52,164 nt of DNA from Anaerolineae bacterium (GCA_034433995.1 DAOTZU010000032.1:1-52164); one strand, 5' to 3'; shown: positions 1 to 8,659, counted from the stretch's first letter. The notes: a model not told the origin generated them from the sequence alone. A program made the numbers and translations.

Positions 1-243
1 AGGGGCGTTGGCCAACATCTCTTCGGGGGTAAAGGAGGGCTCGACGTGGTCCTCGCGCCACACGTTCTGGCGGGCGATGGCCTGGGCTGTGGGGGGGATG
101 GCGCCGGTATCCAGGCGGTCCAACACCGCGAAATAATCCAGGATCTCGGAAAGCTGCTCCGCAAAACGCTCAGTCTCTTCCTCCGTCAGGCCCAACTTGG
201 CCAACTCGGCGATGTGCAACACCTGCTCACGGCTCAGCTTCAC
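1..243 (-). CDS. gatC: Asp-tRNA(Asn)/Glu-tRNA(Gln) amidotransferase subunit C; the C-terminus runs off the window
   Basis: My own minus-strand translation from the GTG at 243 gives [54 protein letters not shown]..., which is typical GatC. AAGGAG at 251-256 lies 7 nt upstream. It is absent from the ORF track because there is no stop inside the window. Confidence 0.85.
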   Translation of the reverse strand, partial: MKLSREQVLHIAELAKLGLTEEETERFAEQLSEILDYFAVLDRLDTGAIPPTAQAIARQNVWREDHVEPSFTPEEMLANAP

Positions 244-277
244 AGCTCCGCTCCTTCTTGCGGGATAACCAGGAGAG

Positions 278-306
278 ATTATAGCATCCTTGGATGGCCG
301 CCGCAA
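278..306 (-). promoter_or_regulatory. Candidate sigma70-type promoter for gatC, with an extended -10
   Basis: The minus strand reads TTGCGG (306-301), a 17-nt spacer ending in TGc, then TATAAT (283-278). This leaves a leader of about 28 nt before the GTG at 243. Confidence 0.55.
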
Positions 307-369
307 ATGACCGGGGCCAACACTCTGCTTTGCCCGCGGGCTGGCCGCCGAGGCGACCCGGCCTCAGGC

Positions 370-771
370 TCAAGGCCTCGCCGTGGGCGTGCGGGCCAGG
401 GTGGGCCAAGGGGTGAGCCGGGGCGCGCGGGTGGGACGCGGCAGGGATGGGCCGGGGCTCGCGCCCACCGTGGGCGTACCGGTGGACGTGGCAGTGGCCG
501 GCGCAGGGCTGGGCACCGGAGTGGTGGGCACAGGGGAGGCGGTGACCGTCGGGCTGGGCGTGCCGCCGGCGCTCACGGCCGGCAGCGAAACTTGCCTGGC
601 CGTGGGCGTGGGCATCTCGGTGGCGGCCGAGGGGCCATCTTGGTGAGGGGAAGAGAGGCCCAACCAGGGCAGTTCCGCGGATAAAACAAGGCGCACCAGG
701 ACGCTGGCCAGCAGGACCAACGCCACCAGGAAAAGCAGTGCTCCCAAGATGACCATGGGGCGCGCCCTCAT
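370..771 (-). CDS. Small membrane-anchored protein with a Pro/Thr/Ala-rich tail (hypothetical)
   Basis: In-frame MRARPMVILGALLFLVALVLLASVLVRLVL is a TM helix followed by a PT-rich low-complexity tail. Third codon positions are GC-rich in this frame. The start is uncertain (ATG 771 or ATG 756, the latter with GAGGG 8 nt upstream); the ORF-track start at 861 is probably too long. Confidence 0.45.
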   Translation of the reverse strand: MRARPMVILGALLFLVALVLLASVLVRLVLSAELPWLGLSSPHQDGPSAATEMPTPTARQVSLPAVSAGGTPSPTVTASPVPTTPVPSPAPATATSTGTPTVGASPGPSLPRPTRAPRLTPWPTLARTPTARP

Positions 772-871
772 CTCTCCCGGCGGAGACATATGGGTCATCG
801 CAGGTGATCCCCTCCCCTCGATCTCATCCCACCGCCACGCACGCCCTCGGCCATGGGGCAAAGGCGACCAT

Positions 872-1933
872 CTAGCCGAGAAGCTCCAAATTCACAAAAG
901 GCACAAAGATCTGCCGACCATCGGGCAGACGCACCTGGGCGCCCTCGGCCTTGGTGCCGATGGTGGTTTCCTGGGGCGTTTGGGGCAGCGCCACCACCTG
1001 GCCGATGCTCCCCAGGTAAGGGGGACGGGTCAACCTCACCTTCATCCCCACGGCGATAGGCCGCGCCAACACCAAAGCCTTGGCGGTGTTTTCCCCCATA
1101 GCCGGCAAGGGCACCACCAGCTCCGGGCCGCTCTGGCTCTCGGCACCGGCGATGACCGCCGGCCGACCGTGGGCCGAGACGAGCACATCCAACACCGGCG
1201 CAGCCAGGGGCACCCGCCCCATCCCCTCCGTCACGACGACGGGCAACGTGAATTGCTGGCACAGGGCGCGGACAGGGGCGGCCATCCCGCCGACCACCAG
1301 GCCGCCCAGCCGAAAACGCTGGGCGCGATAGAGGACACGCACATCCTCCAAGATGCCACCCACCACGATCATGCCGCGATGGCGCAGGCTGATCTGCTCC
1401 CAGGTGAGGAGATCTCCCGGCTCCCGCGCCATGACCACCAGGATCCCCTGGCCCTCGCCGCCGCTGCCCCAGATCCCCCGCACCACATGCCCCTGGGCGT
1501 GAATGGCCACCCCTTGATGGGGATACTCCTCCATCACCTCGCCGGGCAAATAGGCGCGGAGCTGCCGGATCTGGGCATCGCGGCGCAAAAAGAGCCGCCC
1601 CTCGATCAAGGCCAAGACGGTGCTGGCCCAAGGCGCGACCACCTGGCGTCGGTGGGGCCACGGGTGCCGGGCCCGGGCCAAGACCGTCCCTGCGGCCACT
1701 GCCTGGCCCTCCTGCACGGCGAGATACCGCTCCACCCGCCGGGCGCTCACTCCCAGAGCCTCGGCCAGGTCAATGGTGTACAGCTCGCCCTCCACCGGGG
1801 CTTGGGCCACAATATCCTCCGGCGCCACCCGATCGCCCACGTGCACCAAGACCTCGCCGGGGACGGGCAAAAAGCGCCGGCGCACGATGGAGGCGGCGAT
1901 GGCAAGACGCGGCTCAAACGGGACGATGGCCAT
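872..1933 (-). CDS. Hypothetical protein (353 aa), last gene of the GlmL-type ATPase operon
   Basis: Intact ORF whose start overlaps the upstream gene by 20 nt. The C-terminal segment GMKVRLTRPPYLGSIGQVVAL...VRLPDGRQIFVPFVNLELL looks KOW/SH3-like. I recognise no family with confidence. Confidence 0.65.
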   Translation of the reverse strand: MAIVPFEPRLAIAASIVRRRFLPVPGEVLVHVGDRVAPEDIVAQAPVEGELYTIDLAEALGVSARRVERYLAVQEGQAVAAGTVLARARHPWPHRRQVVAPWASTVLALIEGRLFLRRDAQIRQLRAYLPGEVMEEYPHQGVAIHAQGHVVRGIWGSGGEGQGILVVMAREPGDLLTWEQISLRHRGMIVVGGILEDVRVLYRAQRFRLGGLVVGGMAAPVRALCQQFTLPVVVTEGMGRVPLAAPVLDVLVSAHGRPAVIAGAESQSGPELVVPLPAMGENTAKALVLARPIAVGMKVRLTRPPYLGSIGQVVALPQTPQETTIGTKAEGAQVRLPDGRQIFVPFVNLELLG

Positions 1934-3692
1934 GATCGAGCAAATCCCCTAACCACTGCTGCAACTTGCGGCGACGATACTCGGCATCCTGGGGCAGGGC
2001 CAGCGGGCGCCCACGGGTATCCACGATGATCCCCAAATCCCCGCCACGCACCTCCGCCTTGCCTCCCTGCCCTTGGCGCCCCAGACCGATATCCCAATCG
2101 CGTCTGGGCCACACCTCGATCTGGGCCACAGCATCGGGGGGCAAAGGGAAACGCTGCACCACGCCGGCCGGAATGTCGTCCTCCACGGTGTGCCCATCAG
2201 GATAAACGATCTTGATCCGCAAGGCGCGCTCGCCTTCGCGGGCATCGCCCCGTGGGGCAAGGACGGTGCCCAAGGGGCGCAAGCCATCGCGCTCCAACAC
2301 CTGGCCAGCGGCCAGCGGGGCCACCAAAGCCAGGGCGCCCAATTGGGGCCAGATGGAGGCCCAATCCAACACCAACCAGGCCAGGCCTACAGGCTGCAAG
2401 GCATCCAGCAAGGTCAGAGCGATGACGCCATCCTGGGGCGTGTGCACCAGGGCACCGCCCCGGGCGGCGATCAGGTCAAAGGGCAGGTTGGTCTCCTCCT
2501 CCGGCTTGATCTCGGGGCGGGACCAGAACTGGTGGCGCATCCGTCGCATGGTGAGCAGGAGGGCCTGGCGAGCGATGGCCTGCACCAACAGGAGATCCTC
2601 CATCGTCTGCGGGATGCTATGGGGGCGCAGATGGATATTCTCCAACCGGTGCACGGCCTCGTCGGCGGGCATGGCCACAGGCAGCCAGCGCAACACATGG
2701 CCCAAGGGCGAAAGCTCGCTCACCCGGGCGCAGCCGAAACTGGTGCCCAGGTTCGCCCCCACGACCCACTGGTACAGTTCCCCTCGCGCGGCCCCCACAT
2801 AAGTGGTGGCGCCGCCCACGTCCACGCCCAAAATGCTTTGGGGCGGCTCATGGCGCCGGGCCATGAAACGCCAAACAATGCTCAGCGCCTCCATGGACGA
2901 GAGGATGGGCACCTGGCACCACCGCCGCAGACGCCGATAACCGGGCAGGCTGGCCAGCTTGATGCGCTCATAGATCTCGGCCAATTCGCGCTGCAATTCG
3001 CCCAGGCTTTCCAGGTGCACATTGGGGCGCACGTTATCCACCACGCGCACCTCAAAATCCGGCGACATCAACTGGGCCACGGGGCGCCGGGCCTCCTGGT
3101 TGCCGGCAAAGACGATCACCGGTCGCTTTTCCCGCGCCAACCCCTCAAAAATGGTGGTGAGCACCCGCGCCGCCCCCTGCAAAGGTGCCACCGGCCCCGT
3201 ATCCATCCCGCCCACCAAGAGGATGATATCCGGAGGCGTGCGGCGCATCTGCTCCAAGCTGCGGTCATCCCATTGGCGCATGCGCTTGCCCAGGGAGATG
3301 GTCTGCGCCACCCAAACATTGGCCGCGGCGCAGGCGTTCTTGGCGCTCTCCACGCTCAGATCGTCGGTGAGGCCCACGATGACGCACTGAAGCGCCGGGG
3401 CCGCGTTGGAGGTGGCCACAAAGGCATCCACTCCCGCGTTCGGCTCCGCCTCCGGAGTGAGGGGTTCCTCCTGGTCGTTCAACAGGCGGCGCCCGGCGAT
3501 CTCCTCCAGGCGCTTGATGGCGCGGCGGAGGCCCAGGGTGACATCACATTCCGGCTCGCGCAATGTGGTGGGCGCCTCGGCACGGGCCACAAAACGATAG
3601 ACCCCCTCCACCCGGGCGAAAAGGGCAACATGGGTTAATGTGCTGCCGATATCGGCGGCGAGGACGGAGGCGGGCAACTCGGAATCGCTCAT
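1914..3692 (-). CDS. GlmL/MutL-family (glutamate mutase L-like) ASKHA-fold ATPase, orphan (592 aa)
   Basis: N-terminal VLAADIGSTLTHVALF and internal ILGVDVGGATTYV are the two phosphate-binding motifs of sugar-kinase/actin-fold ATPases, in a GlmL-like arrangement. The ATG at 3692 overlaps the upstream stop as ATGA. The ORF-track N-terminal extension to 4178 is rejected. Confidence 0.6.
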   Translation of the reverse strand: MSDSELPASVLAADIGSTLTHVALFARVEGVYRFVARAEAPTTLREPECDVTLGLRRAIKRLEEIAGRRLLNDQEEPLTPEAEPNAGVDAFVATSNAAPALQCVIVGLTDDLSVESAKNACAAANVWVAQTISLGKRMRQWDDRSLEQMRRTPPDIILLVGGMDTGPVAPLQGAARVLTTIFEGLAREKRPVIVFAGNQEARRPVAQLMSPDFEVRVVDNVRPNVHLESLGELQRELAEIYERIKLASLPGYRRLRRWCQVPILSSMEALSIVWRFMARRHEPPQSILGVDVGGATTYVGAARGELYQWVVGANLGTSFGCARVSELSPLGHVLRWLPVAMPADEAVHRLENIHLRPHSIPQTMEDLLLVQAIARQALLLTMRRMRHQFWSRPEIKPEEETNLPFDLIAARGGALVHTPQDGVIALTLLDALQPVGLAWLVLDWASIWPQLGALALVAPLAAGQVLERDGLRPLGTVLAPRGDAREGERALRIKIVYPDGHTVEDDIPAGVVQRFPLPPDAVAQIEVWPRRDWDIGLGRQGQGGKAEVRGGDLGIIVDTRGRPLALPQDAEYRRRKLQQWLGDLLDHGHRPV

Positions 3693-4420
3693 CCCACCGG
3701 TCCCCCTTGACCTACCAGCTTGAGCCAGTCCTGCAACAAAAAGAGCAAGCGGCCGTGCAACACGGCAAAGAAGGTGAGCAATGCCCCGGCCATCAAGGCA
3801 CCGAAGGTGATCATGATCACCACCCGGCCCAGGCCGCCCAAGCCCTTGAGCAACCTGTGCCCCAAGGCGTTCAAGGGGCCGCGACCTTGGGCAGTGAAAT
3901 GAAAGGCGCTCAGCACGGCGATGGTGCCCAGGACCAGGATCAAGGCATCCACCGCATAGGCCCAACCCAACAGACCGCCGCCATGATGCGCCGGCGAGAC
4001 GGAGACGATGGCAGCGCGCAATTGGGGCACCAGCGAGCCAGTGAGGGCCCCGCCCAAGGCCAGGGCTGAACCCGTCCCCAGCAGCACCCCCAGAGGCAGA
4101 TTGGCCAGCGGGGAAAGGACACGGATGCCCCTGGCCAGAAGCAACGCGCCCAAGACGAAAAAGACGCCATAGTACCAATAGGTGTACGGCTCACGCCAGA
4201 GGAGGAGCACACGAGGCCAGAGCACCTGGTTCCAGGCCAGGGCCGCCGCATAACCGGCGGCGATGCCCACAAAAAGGTGTTCCGCCAGACGAAAGAGGAC
4301 GTTCTGGCCCAAGATGTAGCTCAACACCGCGCAGGTCAGTAGCGCGGCAACCCAGATGCCGATGATCTGCGCCAAGCCGGGCGGCGCTATGGCCGCCCAT
4401 TGCGAGAGAACCTCAAGCAT
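3689..4420 (-). CDS. Polytopic integral membrane protein (243 aa, hypothetical)
   Basis: Multiple hydrophobic helices. GAGGAGG lies 4 nt upstream of the ATG at 4420. The stop overlaps the next start. Confidence 0.7.
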   Translation of the reverse strand: MLEVLSQWAAIAPPGLAQIIGIWVAALLTCAVLSYILGQNVLFRLAEHLFVGIAAGYAAALAWNQVLWPRVLLLWREPYTYWYYGVFFVLGALLLARGIRVLSPLANLPLGVLLGTGSALALGGALTGSLVPQLRAAIVSVSPAHHGGGLLGWAYAVDALILVLGTIAVLSAFHFTAQGRGPLNALGHRLLKGLGGLGRVVIMITFGALMAGALLTFFAVLHGRLLFLLQDWLKLVGQGGPVG

Positions 4421-4443
4421 AGCGCCTCCTCATAAGCTGTTGC

Positions 4444-5931
4444 CTAACGGGAGCTGCCCAAGGGGCGCCGGCTGCGCGGCCTTTGCTCCGGCCCCTGGCT
4501 CACATAGATCGCGTTGGTGATGATGGCCATGCCCAGCACCAGCACAAAGAGCAGCGCATAGCCATCGGTCTGGGCCAGGGCATCGGGGCGCGCGCCGCTG
4601 GCGGATTCATACTCCGCCGCCCCAGCGGCGCCGTTGATCAGGGTGGCAAGCTGCCCCGCCTGGCGATAGGGGACGAGGAGGGGCTCAACCGCTGCCGTCA
4701 CCAAAGCGTGCAAGGGCACATTATGGCGACCGCCCACCTGCTCGATCCAGCGCCGCACCGTCTGGGCGTCATCGGCCAAGACGATAACCTGGTCGAAATC
4801 GCGCAGGGTGGTGAGGCCCTGGCCCAGCGGCCAGGCGCTCAAGGGGCGCTCCTGGAGCGCATCGGCCCGAAAGGCCTGCTCCAATCCGGTGCCCAAGGCC
4901 CGAAGGCCAGCCTCCTGGCCGGGCAAGTAACCGAGGATGATCCAGTTTTCGCCATAGAGGGAACGGGGCCATTCCTCCGGCATGTGCCCCAACACCCATT
5001 GCGCCTGGCCGACCCCTTGGGGCGTGAGGCTCATGGCCGCCACCTGAGCGCCGCGCCTGGCCAGATGCCGCATGAGGGCCAAGGCCAAGGGATCCAGCTC
5101 CCCCGCATAGCCGGGGCCATAGTCGAAGGAGAGGAGCACCTTGGCCCCCCGTGGGAGCGCCTCTACGGTGCGCACCAAAGCGACCACCGCCTCGCGGGGC
5201 TGCACCAGCGAGGCCGTCTGGCCGCCGGTCAAGGCGGGCGCCAGGGCCACCAAAAGGAGCAACAGGTAAAGCATCACCCGCCCCAGGCGCGGCAACGCCT
5301 TGGCCTGGCGCGGCACCACTACCCGCACGGCCTCGCGCAAGGAGGGACGCTCGGCGGCGATGCGGCGCAGCAGAGCCGCATTCAGGTGGTCCGCCTCGCT
5401 GGGCCCCTCCGCCTCGCCGGGCGCCTCCCGGTGGGGCAGAGTGGCGATGGCGGCTGCGCCGGGCAAAGGTTGCTCCAAACCGGCCAAAGGATCGGGCATC
5501 GCCTGGGCCACCGTGGCCGGCACAGGTTCGGCAGCGGGCTCTTGCCCGGGCGACTCTTCCGGGGCCTCCTGCCGAAGCGCGGGCTCCGGCGGCGCAGCCG
5601 GCGCCTCCGCCTCTGCCCCAGCGGGCAGTTCGGCCTTGGGCTCGGCGCGCTGGACCGCGGCCCGCCGATGACGCGCCGTGGACACGGGCGCCTCCTCGGC
5701 CACCCCAGGCACAAAGGGCCGGACCAGATCCTCCTCCGACGCGCCGGCCAGCGCCTGGAATTGCGGCAAGAGTGGTTCCAGACAACGCTGACAAAAGGCG
5801 CTGGAGGCCTCGTTCAAGGCGCCACAGGCGGGACAAGCCCGATAAATGAAATGTTCCAGGGAACCGCCGCAGGCCTCGCACCGGGAGGCTTGTTCCGGGT
5901 TGCGATGCTGACACGCTGGACAGACGATCAT
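4444..5931 (-). CDS. Double zinc-ribbon membrane protein with a disordered linker and a TM-flanked C-terminal domain (495 aa)
   Basis: MIVCPACQHRNPEQASRCEACGG...YRACPACGALNEASSAFCQRC gives two CxxC...CxxC ribbons. These are followed by an A/P/E-rich linker, a TM helix, a ~230-aa domain and a second TM helix. AAGGAG lies 9 nt upstream of the ATG at 5931. Confidence 0.7.
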   Translation of the reverse strand: MIVCPACQHRNPEQASRCEACGGSLEHFIYRACPACGALNEASSAFCQRCLEPLLPQFQALAGASEEDLVRPFVPGVAEEAPVSTARHRRAAVQRAEPKAELPAGAEAEAPAAPPEPALRQEAPEESPGQEPAAEPVPATVAQAMPDPLAGLEQPLPGAAAIATLPHREAPGEAEGPSEADHLNAALLRRIAAERPSLREAVRVVVPRQAKALPRLGRVMLYLLLLLVALAPALTGGQTASLVQPREAVVALVRTVEALPRGAKVLLSFDYGPGYAGELDPLALALMRHLARRGAQVAAMSLTPQGVGQAQWVLGHMPEEWPRSLYGENWIILGYLPGQEAGLRALGTGLEQAFRADALQERPLSAWPLGQGLTTLRDFDQVIVLADDAQTVRRWIEQVGGRHNVPLHALVTAAVEPLLVPYRQAGQLATLINGAAGAAEYESASGARPDALAQTDGYALLFVLVLGMAIITNAIYVSQGPEQRPRSRRPLGSSR

Positions 5932-5944
5932 CCCGTGGAACTCC

Positions 5945-6556
5945 TTATTGAGCGTAGGGCCGGTCGATCGCCAACAGGACACGCAGGGAGGTGGCGATGG
6001 TGCCCAGGGCCGTGCCCAAGATGATCCCGCGCACGCCCGCCGTCACCGGCACGGTGAGCAGCCAATCCCTCAGGGGGACCAGCACCGGCGAAAGAGAGGC
6101 GCTGAAGGGCAGTTGGGCCAAAAGGACGAACAAACTGGTGACCAGGAGGATCAACGCATGGACGCTGCGCAGCCGAAAGGCGCGATAGAGGGCGCTGACG
6201 GCAAAAAAGGCCAGGAGGGCGGTCATCGTCCCTTGCAGCGGGGCATAAAGGTAGTTAAAAACCCAATCCAGCGCCTGGGAACCGGGCAGGGCGATGCCGA
6301 TGGTCGCCGTGCCCACCAACCCCACAAGGAGCACAAGGCTGGATCCGCGCCGGCCCTCGCCTTTGGTCGCCAACCGGCGGCCGTGCACGCTCACCAGGTT
6401 CAACAGGCCCAACAAGAGGGCAAAGGCGGCCAGGATGGTGACGCCCTCCACCAGCTTGGCGCCGATGGTATCAATTTGGGGATGGGGGACAAAGAAATCC
6501 ACCAGGGTGAACAGACCACAGAGGATCGCCACGCTTACGGGCAAAACCTTTTTCAT
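5945..6556 (-). CDS. Polytopic integral membrane protein (203 aa, hypothetical)
   Basis: MKKVLPVSVAILCGLFTLVDFF... with about six hydrophobic segments, tightly packed in the operon. Confidence 0.7.
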   Translation of the reverse strand: MKKVLPVSVAILCGLFTLVDFFVPHPQIDTIGAKLVEGVTILAAFALLLGLLNLVSVHGRRLATKGEGRRGSSLVLLVGLVGTATIGIALPGSQALDWVFNYLYAPLQGTMTALLAFFAVSALYRAFRLRSVHALILLVTSLFVLLAQLPFSASLSPVLVPLRDWLLTVPVTAGVRGIILGTALGTIATSLRVLLAIDRPYAQ

Positions 6557-6568
6557 CCTTGCTTCCCC

Positions 6569-7351
6569 TCACCAATAGCCCCAGGTGGTCAGAATGACGC
6601 CGATGACGATGGTTAACAGGATGATGATACGCATGATATCCTGGGCGGCCAGGCTGCCCAGATGGCTGGGGCGGTGGAGGTACGCGCCCGCCGCATAGAC
6701 CTCCTCGCCGATGACAACCTCGTCCAGCGCGGCGGTCAAGAGGGGCATGGCCGCGGGATCGGTGGTGCCGCCCAACTGGGCGCTCCCTTGGCTCGCCATC
6801 GCCTCGGCCAGCCACAGTCCTTCGGCACCGAAACGCCCCAGAAGGACGTTGGCGGGTTGGTTCTCCACGCCCAGCAGGTGGCTGGCGCCCGCGGCATAGG
6901 CCAAAGGGTCGGGGCCATAAAAATGCACCGCCTGGCCCGGCGTGCGCTCGAGAAAGCCCGCCTCCTCCTTGGCCGTGTGCAACAGCCCTTGGGCCGCGGC
7001 CAAGAGGGTGGGATCGCCGGCCGATCCACACACCGGCTGGTCACAGGCAGCGGCGTGGCGGGCCACATAGTCGAACACGGTGAGGCCCATCACGACGTCC
7101 GGCGTGGCCTCTCCGCCGAGCGGCCCCACGCCCAAGGCCACATGGATGGGCCGCCCGCTCTCCGTGGCATAACTCACCAATTGGCGCAGTTTCTCATACA
7201 CGGGAATGGGGCGCAGCGGAAAACGTTTCCCGCCCTGGGCGCGCACCGTCAGGACAATCAAGAGCGGAAGGAAGACCAACAACACCGCCAAGGCGGCCAC
7301 ATCCACGCTGGTGGAAAAGATGTGACCGAGGAATTCGGTCAAAGATGGCAT
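6569..7351 (-). CDS. Membrane protein with N- and C-terminal TM helices flanking a soluble domain (260 aa, hypothetical)
   Basis: TM helix near the N-terminus (VAALAVLLVFLPLLIVL) and at the C-terminus (IIILLTIVIGVILTTWGYW). GAGGAGG lies 4 nt upstream of the ATG at 7351. Confidence 0.7.
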   Translation of the reverse strand: MPSLTEFLGHIFSTSVDVAALAVLLVFLPLLIVLTVRAQGGKRFPLRPIPVYEKLRQLVSYATESGRPIHVALGVGPLGGEATPDVVMGLTVFDYVARHAAACDQPVCGSAGDPTLLAAAQGLLHTAKEEAGFLERTPGQAVHFYGPDPLAYAAGASHLLGVENQPANVLLGRFGAEGLWLAEAMASQGSAQLGGTTDPAAMPLLTAALDEVVIGEEVYAAGAYLHRPSHLGSLAAQDIMRIIILLTIVIGVILTTWGYW

Positions 7352-7635
7352 GGATCCTCCTCGCGATCTGGAGCCGACGGCCCTGGAGATTCGATAGCCC
7401 GCAGCAGACGCTCAACGTTGGCCCGGTCCTCCAACAAGCGCGCATACGCGGCACTGCTTTGGCCCCACAGCGGCGCCACCAGCCACAGGCATTGGCTGCC
7501 CAGGAAACTCAACGGTTTGAGCAGCTCCAACAGCACCACCGCCGGCGCCACCAGGTTGTGGTCCACGATCCAGCGGGCCGCACGCCGGATCAGGGCGTCG
7601 GTCTCGCGCGCCACAGGCTCTGACTTGATAACCAC
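7339..7635 (-). CDS. Small hypothetical protein (98 aa)
   Basis: GTG start at 7635 with GGGAG 7 nt upstream. The 3' end overlaps the next gene by 13 nt. It has one hydrophobic segment. Confidence 0.5.
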   Translation of the reverse strand: MVIKSEPVARETDALIRRAARWIVDHNLVAPAVVLLELLKPLSFLGSQCLWLVAPLWGQSSAAYARLLEDRANVERLLRAIESPGPSAPDREEDPCHL

Positions 7636-7647
7636 CGTCTTACTCCC

Positions 7648-8592
7648 TCAAGGACGGTGCTGCAAGTTCTTGCGGATGCGCTGCCATTGGCGACGCAGGC
7701 GGCTGAACAGCCCCATCTCGCGATGGGTGATGGCCTCGATGGCCGTCTGGGCCACTTGGCCAATGGAGCGCCCAAACAGGGTCGCCTGGTCGGTCAACAA
7801 CTGCTCCAGGGCCGGAATCGCGCCCACGCCACCGACCTGGCCCAGGCCACGGGCGGCGTACCAGCGGATGCCGGGATCCGGATCGTGCAAGCAACGCTCC
7901 AAAAGCTCCGGCGCCTTGGCACAGGACATATGGCCCAGAGCCGCCACCGCTGCTGCGCGCGCCAAAGGGTGCTCATCGCCCAGCAATTGCTCCAGAGCCG
8001 GCACAGCGGCCGGATCGGCGATGGCGCCCAGGGCATCCGCCGCGGCCTTGCGCACCCAAAGGGAAGGATCGCGCAGGGCCTTGAGCAGGGGTTCCACGGC
8101 GGCGCGATCGCCGATTTGGCCCAAGGCGGCGGCGACGCTGGCCCGCACCGATGGATCGGTGTCTTGCAAGGCCTCCAACAGAAACTCGACGCCGGCCTCG
8201 TGCTCCCAGAGGGCCAAAGAATCGGCCGTGGCGGCGCGGCGGATGGGGTTAGGATCGCGCAGGCTCTGCCGCATCAGCAGCAACAGCCCGCTGAAGGTCA
8301 GCTCCGGGGCTTGGCGGTTCCACAGCGGGGCGCCCAGGTGGGCCCGCCGGCGCAGGCGCTCGGCGATCTGCGCCAGCCCCACCCCCGCTTGCCAGCGGAC
8401 AAAGGGGTGCTCATCGGCCAGGTAGGCGTATAAGGTGCGCACCGCTCGCTGGTCCCCCTGGCCCGAAAGCTGGATCGCCTCCTGCCAACGGCGCAAAGCT
8501 TCCTGGTCGGCGTCATCCGCGACGAACCGGTCGCCGAGGGCGGCTATACTGGGTTGAGAACTCAACAGAGGTGCTCCTTCGGCAAATCTCAT
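7648..8592 (-). CDS. HEAT-repeat (PBS-lyase/E-Z type) protein (314 aa)
   Basis: Repeated units of the form DPSVRASVAAALGQIGDRAAVEPLLKAL / DPSLWVRKAAADALGAIADPAAVPALEQLL / DPDPGIRWYAARGLGQVG. The start is taken as ATG 8592, directly behind a promoter. The ORF-track start at 8889 would read through the repeat elements. Confidence 0.8.
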   Translation of the reverse strand: MRFAEGAPLLSSQPSIAALGDRFVADDADQEALRRWQEAIQLSGQGDQRAVRTLYAYLADEHPFVRWQAGVGLAQIAERLRRRAHLGAPLWNRQAPELTFSGLLLLMRQSLRDPNPIRRAATADSLALWEHEAGVEFLLEALQDTDPSVRASVAAALGQIGDRAAVEPLLKALRDPSLWVRKAAADALGAIADPAAVPALEQLLGDEHPLARAAAVAALGHMSCAKAPELLERCLHDPDPGIRWYAARGLGQVGGVGAIPALEQLLTDQATLFGRSIGQVAQTAIEAITHREMGLFSRLRRQWQRIRKNLQHRP

Positions 8593-8599
8593 TGTGCTC

Positions 8600-8628
8600 A
8601 GTATAGCACGCCTGGGCCAGAGGTGCAA
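8600..8628 (-). promoter_or_regulatory. Candidate promoter giving a leaderless mRNA for the HEAT-repeat gene and its operon
   Basis: The minus strand reads TTGCAC (8628-8623), a 17-nt spacer, TATACT (8605-8600), then exactly 7 nt to the ATG at 8592. There is no Shine-Dalgarno. Confidence 0.55.
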
Positions 8629-8659
8629 GCATTCTCGCGCAATAATAGCGCGCTCCCTG

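Noticed and set aside
1914-3692. Calling this locus a glutamate mutase (methylaspartate) pathway because of the GlmL/MutL-like ATPase.
   Set aside because: No glmS/mutS (B12-binding) or glmE/mutE subunit, and no methylaspartase, is present nearby. All the neighbours are membrane proteins of unknown function.
1914-4178. Long N-terminal extensions proposed by the ORF track. They affect the GlmL-like gene (to 4178), the zinc-ribbon gene (to 5982), the polyprenyl synthase (to 19971), galK (from 22240), the GT2 (to 26072), the flippase-like gene (to 27082), the radical SAM gene (to 29610), the helicase (from 30390), the HerA-like gene (from 32707), VIT-VWA (from 38593), the DUF3160-like gene (from 40841), the transglutaminase (to 45737) and the bactofilin-like gene (to 51983).
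   Set aside because: The extensions overlap the upstream genes extensively and are low-complexity. In each case an internal start with a Shine-Dalgarno, an ATGA/GTGA overlap or a promoter gives a sensible N-terminus such as a signal peptide or conserved motif.
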